Source of the DNA: Lama guanicoe
Taxonomy: Eukaryota
NCBI GenBank assembly: GCA_013239625.1
Contig: MU056776.1
Span: 1,240,001-1,304,000, forward strand
Direction of reading: 5' to 3'
Length of the DNA: 64,000 nucleotides
Shown here: positions 53,526 through 64,000 of the stretch, in pieces
How positions within the stretch are numbered: position 1 is the first letter of the stretch
Layout: each line of letters opens with the position of its first letter
The notes under the pieces: generated by a model
What the model was told of the DNA's origin: nothing
What the model saw: the letters and a program-made list of their open reading frames with translations, nothing else
Database searches by the model: none
Position numbers and translations under genes: made by a program

Positions 53526-56501
53526 CACATGCTAGTAACTTTAAGAGAAGTCCCTAGAAACCATCACACTACTCTGTGTGTTTGTGTATGGGTTATGCCT
53601 GATCAAAGTCGACATGTGTATGAATTCTCAAATCGGAAATACTAAATTAAACGCTATGCCTTTTATTGGTGTTTTCAAGAAAAATGGTTAAAGAAAATTG
53701 ACTAATTTAATTCATCTGGGCAATGTATTCTTAACACGTTTTTTGATTCAGAATTTTATGGTGGTATAAAGGTTTATTGGAGTTAGCTTTTCAAATATAT
53801 TTTAGTATATACGTTTGTGTATCCTAAACTGATACCTAATTTGGTTCTTCTTTGAACTCTAACTCACAGTTATCTAGGTGTTTTAATGAAAACCTTATTT
53901 AGTTTGTGGTTTATATCACATGGGCTTCTCCTAACGCCTGGTCTTTCTTCGTGAGGATTATGTAACTCTCAATGAGTGATCTACTTTTCTCTTCCTTGAC
54001 CACTTAAAATTTAGAATTGAGCTGTTACTGTCAAATAATTATTTTAATATTAGCTTTAACTGTTACTTAAAATTGCACTAATTAATTTACTGCTGATCAG
54101 AGCAGTGTTACGTGGAAAGTTGACGTGATCCGGTTCTCTCGATGGCACATTCTGAACTTCATCTCCAGCTGATTGTAAAGGAATTGTTTCCCTGTGAGTT
54201 ACATTCTCTCTGATTGTCAACATTTAGAGTGACTCCATTGTCACCCAGGATTGGAGTGATAGGAGAACAAACTCCAGGATGACTGCTACACACAAGAACA
54301 CCACTCCCGCTTTTGTGGATGTCACTGACTATGTTATTTCCTTGTTTCACACTAAACATGCTCCCAACCACAATCTCCTGCTCCTACCCCTTGGGTACTT
54401 CGTGTTTAGTAGTGTCAGGAACTGGTGTGCTCTGCAAGCACTGAGGAAGGAGGTCTTTGGAGATGTATCTGCTTCAGGAACTCAGTTGAGTCTTCTTAAT
54501 GAAGAGAGTATGAAATCTCTCTTTTGTATTAGTTTGGTGAAAGCCATGGAACAGCCAGCAAAAAAGCTGATATAATAATGTTTAACTGCGCTTTTGTAAA
54601 CACCTGTAGAGGTAGCTCTAAGTACTCGTGGATAACTTACACTGGAATCTGCTTTTTCACTAAACCAGAGTTAATCTCTACTGTAGCTGAGCAGATAACC
54701 ATTTTTGATGATACTGTGGTTAAAACAAGTGCCATTATTTTGGCTACCCAGTTGAGTTGGATCATTTACAGTTGGACAAAGAGAAATTGAATTATGCATA
54801 TTTGCTGCTTTTATAACTTATGGGAATACTTCTTAATTCACTCCTTTAACATTTGGGCTTAAAAGTGATTAACAAAAATTTAATATACATTTGGAAGACA
54901 ATATTTTTCTGCCTTCTTAATGAAGGTTCATATTAATATTAACAACAAAAATGTAAAAGAAAAGATACTATCTGATTCATCTTTCTATTTTGCATTGAGC
55001 CTATGGTGATAGATAAAAGTTTATGAAATTTGTTACTACATATTTTCTAGAAGATAAACATTTTCTTCAAAGATATCCTCAAAGTAAAACAATTTACAGA
55101 TTTTTCAACTGCAATATTTATGTCTAGAATTGGGCATTATTTAATGTTTATAGACTTTACATATGTGTGATGAAGTGATAACGAAGATTCAGGTGAGTGA
55201 TTTTTCTGGGGAGAAAAATTGCTACTCAGAAGACAGAAGGAAAGAGGGGAATTTACTCTTGCAACTGTTCATGCCTACAGCATTAAGGAGGACATGGTTT
55301 TGATGAATCCTTAATACATGTCCCTAATGCCTATCAGTGCCTATTTGTCAGTTATTAGTGATGATGCAAATATTTTGATGACAATAATGATATTGATGGA
55401 TGATGGTGGATGCCTCAGTTATCACTCTTGCCCTCTTAGAAATGTTTGCCTACTTTCCTTCTAGTAGTTTCCTTTCCTGGGAAAGGCTGTTGTAATAAAC
55501 CGCATGTTTCATCTGTTGATACAGCTAGAATTCACCAGTGAATCCTAAGATTAAGCATTTGTCATTGACTATCTGCTGAAAATTATGATTTTGTACTTTT
55601 TTTCACCTTCTAACACTTCAGTTAACAAAAAAGTAGAGGTGGAGATGATTCGTTTTCTTAGCTTTTAGAGCAAACCTAATATTGAGCTTGTTCCCAGTTT
55701 GCACTGACTTAAGAGAAAAGCCTGAATGAGAAACTGAATGGAATGGAAACTCTGCTTTCTCAAAAGTAAGCAGTTATACTGAATGCCTCCCGGAGGTGAA
55801 GGGCGTTCTGGCCACTGTAGAAGTTTGGATGTACATATCACTCCCTTTATGATCAGCAGGCGTTTCCTTCCTTCATCAGCGACTTATTATTTTATTTATA
55901 CTAAATTTGATACTTTGACTTTGCTTTGTTCGCAACTCAGAATAGTAACATTGTATGGACATTAAGAAGAGATACCCAAAAAGTTCTTAGTAAAAACTTC
56001 AACTATGACTATGAATATATAAGACAAAAATGCTGAAAAAAATCTCCCATCATATTCTCTTAGAACATAAGTAATATGGCTAAGTATCAAAAAATGAGAA
56101 AAGCTACAGATAATTTGGATCGCCTTTAAAGTTTTCCTATGTCAGTGAACACTTAGGTTAATTCAGTCTGGAGGCATAAAGATACTTCTCTTGCTAGAAC
56201 TGCAATTATTTTCCGTTCCTCTTTTTCTCAAATATTCCTTCCTAATTAAAGGCTTCCTAAGCTAGTATGTAATTGTTGATTTGTAAATTGCAATTGCAAA
56301 TTACTTACACCCTTTAAAGTTCAGTAAGCCTTTAAACCTTTTAGCTTTTCTATTGATACTCAATCATGCAATTAAAGCATCTGCAATAAGCAGATGAGCT
56401 AATGTAAGCAGTGTCAAGTTTTCTTTGGTGTCCAAATCAATAAAGCTATTGTGATGACTCTCAAGTCAATGATCTAGCTACTGGAAATGGACCCAGCTTT
56501 T

Positions 56502-56610
56502 TTTTTTTTTAATGTCTTTTTATTGGGGGGGGGTGGGTAATTAGGTTTATTTAGTTATTTAATAAAGGTACTGGGAATTAAACCCAGGACCTCATGCTAT
56601 ACCCTTCCCG
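56502..56610 (-). mobile_element. Camelid Vic-1-like SINE with internal deletion, 14-bp TSD
   Basis: Minus strand gggaagggtatagc|atgaggtcctgggtttaattcccagtacc...cctaattacccaccccccc...polyA; TSD tggacccagctttt at 56488-56501 and 56611-56624. Confidence 0.9.
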
Positions 56611-56838
56611 TGGACCCAGCTTTTAAAAAGATATTAAAATTATTCATCATTTGCATTAATAGCTAATATTGTTGCCCAACATTTTGGTTATAATCTTTAA
56701 GTTGTTCTCAGTGACATCATATACCCACAGAATTAACCAATGCCAAATTCCAAAGGAAAACGGAGTCCAGAAGATAAAAGACATGACCTTGAGCTCTGTG
56801 AAACAGAGATGCTAGAGTCATATTATCTTATTTTCCAG

Positions 56839-56958
56839 GTGCATATGTGCTCCAGGTCAAGGCCACGGATGCAGATGACCCAACATATGGAAACAGTGCC
56901 AGAGTCGTTTACAGCATTCTTCAGGGACAACCTTATTTCTCTATTGATCCCAAGACAG
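56839..56958 (+). CDS. CDH12: Internal coding exon (120 nt, phase 1-1) of cadherin-12, a type II classical cadherin; extracellular cadherin repeat EC2
   Basis: Acceptor tattatcttattttccAG and donor ACAG|GTaact. Translation is (G)[39 protein letters not shown](G), with the Ca-binding ATDADD motif. Residues AYVLQVK and SIDPKT distinguish CDH12 from CDH6/7/10/18 as I recall them. The ORF track misses it because it lacks its own start codon. Confidence 0.95.
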
Positions 56959-58198
56959 GTAACTTTTTTATTAGAGACAACATGATCACCTCCCCTTCAA
57001 ATATTTAAATGTTAATTACATCTTGGCATGGGAAGTTGCCTCTTCTAACGCTGAAGTAAAGATTCAGTGTGCTGCCGCCCATGAAGCAAAGGAAGATGGG
57101 ACCTTACCTTGCTGCTGCAGAACTAAGTCCTTTGGACTGAAATTGGTATAAGTATAAAATTTTTCACCTATATGTGCAACGTCTGAATTTGTTATTTAGG
57201 AATTCTCTGTATGATTTACTTTAAATTTTCAAAAGTCCAGGCATATTTGTTTTTTGTTTCTTCTGGCTAAAATTGCTTTTTATTTTGGTTGTTCTTGGTC
57301 GGGTTCACTGATATTCAGTTTGGGGCCTTATCAACCCAAGAGTATAGAACTTCTCTTCTTATCTTCATCAAGGGTTCTGGATGGTGAATTTGGATAAATA
57401 TAGACTTATACTTCCAGTAGGGGAAAAAAGAGGGCTGACAAACTTGAAACACCAAGATCACTCATTTTTCTGGTCTGTGTTTTTGAAGCCAGTCTCATTT
57501 TTAAGTCAAACCATTTAAATACCAGTTTTCAAAGCCCAGTATATATGTCCCATATAGAATCTAAGGAAGGCAGGAGAACCCGCAGGAAGAGTTTGTATTC
57601 CCTTTAAAATGAAATAAAGCACCCCCTGTTTCTAGAGAATCTGTTTTTGAATGAAGAGAGTTTTTAAGGAGATCCAGTCAAGCTGACCAGTGATCAAAGC
57701 AGGTGTTCCATGTCACAGTTAAAGCAGAAACTCCGTGATGACAACTGTTTTATCAATCCTTATATAACGCATTACAGTATATTGCATATTGAATTCAACT
57801 TTATTTATTACATTAGTTTAAAGTAAACTAAGTTATTATTAAAATTTGCAAATAGATCTTTAAAGAACTACATCAATTTAAGAGGTATTTGCTTCCTACA
57901 CTATACGTGCAAATGGGTTAAACATTTAAAAATTTATACTTCCTCCGAAGTGTGCGCTAAAATCTGGAATACCAATTAGATATAGGTTAATTAATAATTA
58001 ACCATGAATTGATGTTGCCTGGAAACAAAAGGTCAATTAAGTGGAAATAAAGAACCTGCAAACTTTCTGTCAACTGAATCTGCCATTCTTTCCTCACTTC
58101 TCACCCTCTTCATCAAGCCATCAAAATGTTAAGGGAATGAGGCTGGGAATTGCTTCCTTTTGTAAACCTAAAAAAGAGAAGGTTGTAGTAAGAAGAAA

Positions 58199-58330
58199 GC
58201 TGAAGAAAGTCCAGAAAAGTTTAGGACAAAGAAGCTCTTTTGGTTTGGAGACATTCCCTTTAAGAAGGGAACGTCAAGTGCTGAAGAAAGTCCAGAAAAG
58301 TTTAGGACAAAGAAGCTCTTTTGGTTTGGA
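58199..58330. repeat. Two identical 51-bp direct repeats separated by a 30-bp hairpin-forming spacer
   Basis: gctgaagaaagtccagaaaagtttaggacaaagaagctcttttggtttgga at 58199-58249 and 58280-58330. Confidence 0.97.
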
Positions 58331-60502
58331 AATAGGCTCAGAGACCAAAAGCCAGAGTGTCAAATGTTAAGAGTGTGTGATGGGGAAATTACACCTACAA
58401 TGTAAATTATTTTCAAGAAGTAGGCAGTGGAGATAAGAGAAGAGAATGTTTGGCAATACAAGTTTTAAGGAAGTTTTGTGGTGGTGGTTGTTTACCTTTG
58501 AGAAAATCATATATTTGTGGAAAAAGGGAAAGAATTGCTGATCAAAATTTGGGGAAGTTATTCAATTAAGTTTATGATCATACAAATCTGCAGAGGGATT
58601 AAGAAGGTTTGGACAATAGACCAAATGTTTAAACAAATAATGAAGAGACTATCTACATCCTTTTATTAGATGGGGGCATTATGTGTTATTTTTCTGGTAC
58701 AATTCTATTTTCCAAATTGATGATATATTTCTCTTAGATCACTTCAGCCTCAGAGGAGCATTTCTCACAGGGAGGATGGGAGAAAAAGAAAGGAAGGTGT
58801 GTAGAGATGGGTGAGGAAAGAGGCTTGGTATTAGAATATACTTATTGAGTTGCAGTAATTAACTCTTTAGAGTAAATGAGTTTATACCCCGGATAAATAT
58901 GGCAGAAGAAAGATCAGATATTTAATATTGGCAAAATAACTACAGATAGAGACAATATCTAACTAAAAAAAAGCAAGATAAAGATCATGTAAAGATGAAT
59001 TTCAGCATAAAGCATGGGTGCAAAATACAATTGCTTTGGTCAAATGAATGCTGGACAGATAGTAGTTATAAGAATCAAACACTTGCTCTTCCCTTGACTA
59101 ATTTGTTCAACACAAACTTTAGATGAATCCTAATGCCTTTAGAAAGTACCATCTTCCAGAAATGTGTGTATATTCATAATATGGCTTTTATAATTGTGCA
59201 TTTATATTCTTTATATAATGTTTATTATTTAGAACTAAAGATGAAACAATTCTGGCATAAACTATGGAATGGATTTTTCGAAGCATTGATTTTCACTGGA
59301 GACAGAAGTCTTGATACTAACAACGCCCCAGACCACTAGACAGGAAAAGAGTGGATGATGAGGGACTTCATTAATACAATGATAACTAGTTCTTCATGCA
59401 CAGAAACCATTAAGAAGATGTTTTGTCAAATTTATCACCTTGCGGTAGAGAAAAGTAAATCAAAAATCAAGGATAATTGCAATTTCTCAGAAATAGCCTC
59501 CATTTGTTTCAGCCATATAGCTTCCTTTCATGATTCCTTTTGCTATTATTAAATAAAATGCATGAAAAACTAATATCTGAAATTTTCCACATTTGAGTGT
59601 GGAATAGAGTTTAAAATAATTTGTAAAGGAAGAGTCTCATCAAAACTTCTGGTGCCTAAATATTTATGAAGAGATAAATATCATTTATTATTAATTTAGA
59701 ATGAGATATTAAAATGTTGTTATTGCTATTGCTGTTTGACAAACAGTCTTAGCATCTCTATCCGAGGTATCAACACAGAAAGTTTATTTATAAGCAATAT
59801 AAATTGATGAATTCTATGGCATAAGCCCTAAAATAATAGTTCTCTTTAAAGTTGGCTAATATGGCAATTATTTGGCTTAACTAAGAGATTAATTATTGTG
59901 AATTAAAATTTGCACTCATTCATGTATATGCTTCAAATAATATTAAATGGTATTTTAAAACCCCAGAAATGTAGGTAGATTTATAAAACATTAAATAACA
60001 TTTATCCTTATTATACTGAATGTTTATAAAATATTAAAATGTCTAATTGGCATATTATTATATTATATATACTTTACACTTAATGTTTGTTATACACTAG
60101 GAAAGCATTTATAATCTATAAAATGCTAAACCATAGGCATTCTAGTATTTTATTTAATACATGAAATTGAGATGATAAAGTATTTCCATAGCATTGCTAA
60201 TAGAATTATTCCATTTAGGAAAACAAACATTACTATATATGATTGATCTCATGACTTAATTTACATTTAAAATTCCTTTAAAGTATTTGAATTTTTCTCT
60301 AAATGATTCAAAATGCAGTCTGAGTTGGATAAATAAAAAGTGCTATTTTGTGCATCATGTGGTGATACTATGTTGATTTTTTTCTAAATAATCAGAGCTC
60401 TACCTGAGAAAGCATTATAATACTATTCTAGCTCAACATTTTAAAGAATCTACAAACGTTAAATTATTCTATCATGATAAACTATACATAACAGAAATGT
60501 TG

Positions 60503-60597
60503 CTATTTTAACCATTTTAAAGTGTATTGTTTGATGACATTATGCACATCCACATTGTGTAACCATCACCGCCGTCCATCTCCAGAACTTTTGCATC
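60503..60597 (-). mobile_element. L1MB-type 3' UTR fragment
   Basis: ttaaccattttaaagtgta...cacattgtgtaaccatcaccgccgtccatctccagaactttt. Confidence 0.8.
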
Positions 60598-61584
60598 AAT
60601 GTCTTTTTATTTATATGCATTGTCAAAAATGCATATTTTTTCCTATATTTTCTATTTTTCATTTTCTGTGTTTACATGTGCATTTATAGAATTGATATGC
60701 AAACAACTGAGTGAGAATGAGTTGCATGCATGAGCTCCTTTCTTTTTTTCCCTTATATTCACTAGTCTGATATTTCATGTTCTATGATTCTGTCCTAGCT
60801 TCTGTTTGGGAAATCTGATAAAAGTTACTGGAAGAACTGACACTTTCTCAAGCTTTCTGAACCTCACTGAATTCAATTACATCTTTTATTTAAAAATTAT
60901 AATCTTCAAGCTTATATCCTAAGTAAAACCCCCTCCACTATGGTACTTATTCTTTTCAGCTTTAAAAAATGTGTTAGTGTTTTAAAACTCCAGAGTAAAA
61001 TTAAAGCATGGGTCAATCTTTATATTTTGAGCTAATTCTTTATATAAACTACCATGTAAATATGTTTTATGGCCTGAACACGCTTTTCATATTAATTCAG
61101 AGTAAAGTCTTCAGAGTAAAGGATTCAAGACACTTCAGTCAGTGCTGGTGAGAGAAAGACTGATCCTCTTTTATGTTCAAGAGTGAAATAAGAGTACTTG
61201 CCTTCACAAAGCAATCATTTTTTTTAATACCTTTTGCATTAAGAACAAGACTGATTGTGGATATAGCAAGGGCAGGAAAAGCAGTGGATGCTAGTAAATA
61301 TAAGGAAGGAGTAACAAATGAGTCTGGGAAACAATTAAGATTAAACAACACACGTTGTTCCCTACTTTGAAATATTTAACACATGTAGTAAAATTACGCG
61401 TCTAAACGTGTTCTGGAGACAATGGTTTCCTTGCACTCTGCCTTGTCACGGTTCATGAGAACTCTGTGTGAACTTCACCTGCCTTATTTTAGAAACCACA
61501 GAATGCAAACATCAGCAAAGAGAACTGAGAATATCTGGGCTCAAAAGGAAAATACTCCAAGGGGACGTGGTACATGCCCTTAGG

Positions 61585-61830
61585 AAGCTGCAGAGCTGTC
61601 GTGTAGAAGACAAATTAGCCATGCTTTGTGCTACCTGAGAGGAAGAGGGCTATCAGTGGCTGATAGGAGTTACAGGAAGAAAGAATTTTGGTTTCATCCA
61701 AAACAAACAAACAAAAAAGATGTTAATGCTTGTCCATAAGTGAGAAGGGCGCCTCCTGAGATTGTGAGCTTCACATTACTGGAAGTGTTACAGTAGATGA
61801 TGAGTGATGAGCCCGTGGTGCTGGATTTGA
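61585..61830 (+). mobile_element. L3/CR1 LINE 3' fragment
   Basis: gagctgtcgtgtagaaga...gagttacaggaag...gggcgcctcctgagattgtgagcttcacattactggaagtgtt. Confidence 0.65.
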
Positions 61831-62716
61831 GAATTAATTCCTTTGATGTGTATTTATTTTTTAACCAATGGCCTGACAGGTGCTGTGCTACCAGGATACT
61901 AAGATGAATCAAGTCCATCCTCAAATAGATCCTTTTCTATATGGGGGCAGGGGATCAGGTCGTCAGAAGATTACATTTGGGTTTTCTAGGATACAGTTCT
62001 GATATGTAGTGTGACCTCTGGGTGCTAGATGTAGACTGATGAGAGGGGAAACTTTCTGAGGGAAAAACTCTGGGGGAAGTGACTTCCAAATTCTAAAGAA
62101 TAATTAAGGTGTGTTATAGGTGCAAAGTTGGACCATACAGTCTTTAAATTGTCTTCCTGCTGCAGATAACCTGGTAATTCTTCTTGTCCTCAAAATGCAT
62201 TATTGGCAACAATTTTTTTAATTATACACCTTATCAGTGTAATCATGGACACCGTATTTTTGTTAATATTGTTTAAGAATGTACTAGCTTTTAAAAAACA
62301 TCCATTACAGAACAAGAGGAAACTAATTCAGTATAGAATTTCAGATAGAGTGACCGGTAGTCCTGCAGAGATGACCTTGACAACAGATGTGAGGGAGGTG
62401 GAGTAGCTGTTCATGGTTACATCTCAGAAAGAACAATTCTGGCAGAGGGAAGAGAGGGTGAAAGGCTCTGGTGAACAAGGGAGGGAGTTCTGGAAGATCA
62501 GATGGCCACGTGGGAAGGTGGAGATTATGTGAGGTCTTTCATCTGAGTGGTCTGGACAGTCTCTGAGGATTTCAGACCAGAGGGGCTCTGTCGCCCGCTA
62601 CATGCTAAGACCTCACCGCTGTGGCTGCTCTTCTGAGAAACAAACAGGTCTTTCTGGACTCTAATCTTCAGTGAATGAAGAATGTAGCCATTCATCCATT
62701 GGTCATTTTCTTTCTA

Positions 62717-62776
<60 letters not shown>

Positions 62777-62796
62777 CATCCATCCAACCATCCATC
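62717..62796. repeat. (TATC)15 perfect tetranucleotide followed by (CATC)n
   Basis: 15 uninterrupted TATC units at 62717-62776. Confidence 0.97.
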
Positions 62797-62827
62797 TGAA
62801 TAGTCTCAAACTAATAGTTAGCATTAT

Positions 62828-63985
62828 ATCAGCTTTATGGAGATATAATTGGCTTATAGCATTGTGTAAGTAAGGTATGTAACATGTTGATTTGATACTT
62901 AAATATTGCAAAGTGGTTATCACCCCAATGTTAGCTAACACCTCCATCATGTCACATAATTACCATTTCCTTCCCATAATAAGAACCTTTAAGAGCTACT
63001 CTCTTAGCACCTTTCCAGTGTATTATAATACAGTGATATTAACTAAAATCACCATGCTATACATTAGATCCCCAGAACTTATCCATCATATTACTGTAAG
63101 TTTGTGCCTTTAGAGCAGCATGTCCCCATCTCCCCCACCCCACAGTGCCTGGTAACTACTATTCTACTCTCTGTTTCTGTAAGTTCAGCTGCTTCAGAAT
63201 CCACATATGAATGGTATTATACAGTATTTGTCTTTCTCTGTCTGTCTGTCTTCATTTAGCATAATGTTCATCCATGTTGTTGTAAATAGAAGGAATTTTT
63301 TTCATTCTCATGATATTAAATTATATTCCATTATATCACATCTTCTTTATTCCAATCATCCATTGGACACTTAGGTTGTTTTCGTATCTTGGCTATTGTG
63401 AATAATGCTGCAATGAACATGGAAGTGCAGATATCTCTTCAAGATCTTGTTTTTACTTCCCCTGGATATGTACTCAGAAGTGAAATTGTTAAATCATATT
63501 TTTTTCTATTTTTATTTGCTTAAGGAAACTCCATACTATTTTCCATAGTGGCTGTATCTGTCAATTTACATCCCTACCGACAGTGCACAAGTGTTCTCTT
63601 TTCTCCACATCCTGGCCAATATTTGTCATCTCTCAGTCTCGGCTTTTTGATAACAGCCATTCTAACAACCATAAGGTGACAAACTGTGGTTTTGATGTAT
63701 GTACATTTCCCTGGTAATTATTGATGTCAAGCACCTTTTCATGTAACTGTTGGACATTTCTATGACTTCTCTGGAAAAATTTCTATTCAGTTTCTCTGCC
63801 CATTTTTAAATCAGGTATTTTGTTGTTGAGTTTCATGAGTTCTTTTATGTTATGGATATGGATTCCTTATCAGATGGAAGATTTGCAGATATTTTATCCC
63901 ATTCCATAGGTTGCTCTTCATTTTTGTGGATGATTCCTTTTGCTATGCAGAAGCTTTTCAGTTGGATGTAGTTCTACTTGTGGAG
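62828..63985 (-). mobile_element. L1MA (L1MA9-like) 3' end, about 1.15 kb
   Basis: cagctttatggagatataattg...gttagctaacacctccatcatgtcacataattacc...tactctcttagca...caccatgctatacattagatccccagaacttat...cttggctattgtgaataatgctgcaatgaacatgg. Confidence 0.92.
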
Positions 63986-64000
63986 TTTTCAAGATGCCTT

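Larger units (their letters stand above)
1..56838 (+). other. CDH12: Large intron upstream of the CDH12 exon (preceding exon lies outside the window)
   Basis: No EC1/EC2-encoding exon (DRE or DINDN motifs) was seen upstream; the region is repeat-rich, AT-rich non-coding DNA; the exon is internal (phase 1 acceptor). Confidence 0.8.
56959..64000 (+). other. CDH12: Intron downstream of the CDH12 exon
   Basis: Begins with GT donor; the expected next exon (VIRTALPNMDRE...) was not seen before the window end. Confidence 0.8.

Noticed and set aside
54159-54790. Cluster of short ORFs in unique sequence, considered as pseudogene or endogenous viral element
   Set aside because: The frames I translated gave no recognisable protein and contain frequent stops; a tBLASTx/BLASTx search would be decisive.
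55783-55815. Second CTCF-like string (tgcctcccggaggtg)
   Set aside because: Three mismatches to the core consensus and no clear upstream module.
56740-56985. Listed 81-aa ORF overlapping the cadherin exon
   Set aside because: Wrong reading frame; the real coding frame is the spliced 56839-56958 exon.
58041-58370. 109-aa ORF with repeated peptide LKKVQKSLGQRSSFGLE; CRISPR-like repeat-spacer-repeat
   Set aside because: The peptide repeat merely reflects the 81-bp (in-frame) DNA duplication. Only two 51-bp repeats, mammalian context and no cas genes, so not CRISPR.

Overview
AT-rich mammalian genomic DNA. Two camelid-type tRNA-derived SINEs (Vic-1-like) point to a camel, llama or alpaca genome. 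The only supportable protein-coding sequence is one 120-nt internal exon (56839-56958, + strand) of a type II classical cadherin, whose translation matches CDH12 (EC2 region, [41 protein letters not shown]). The rest appears to be CDH12 intron (over 56 kb upstream, over 7 kb downstream). It is filled with old and young interspersed repeats (L1, HAL1, L2, L3/CR1, MIR, Vic-1, MLT1/MLT2 and ERV solo LTRs, MER47 and MER8 Tigger derivatives), microsatellites and two assembly gaps. None of the listed six-frame ORFs looks like a real protein, and I found no convincing novel multi-gene system. The most notable local structures are: a perfect 51-bp direct repeat bracketing a hairpin spacer (58199-58330), an extended CTCF site with upstream motif (14347-14379), a CpG-rich solo LTR with a 6-bp flanking duplication (22694-23415), a candidate recursive splice site (24396/24397), and an A-box-deleted SINE next to the exon. 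Repeat family names come from my recall of consensus sequences, not from a database search; boundaries without TSDs are approximate.
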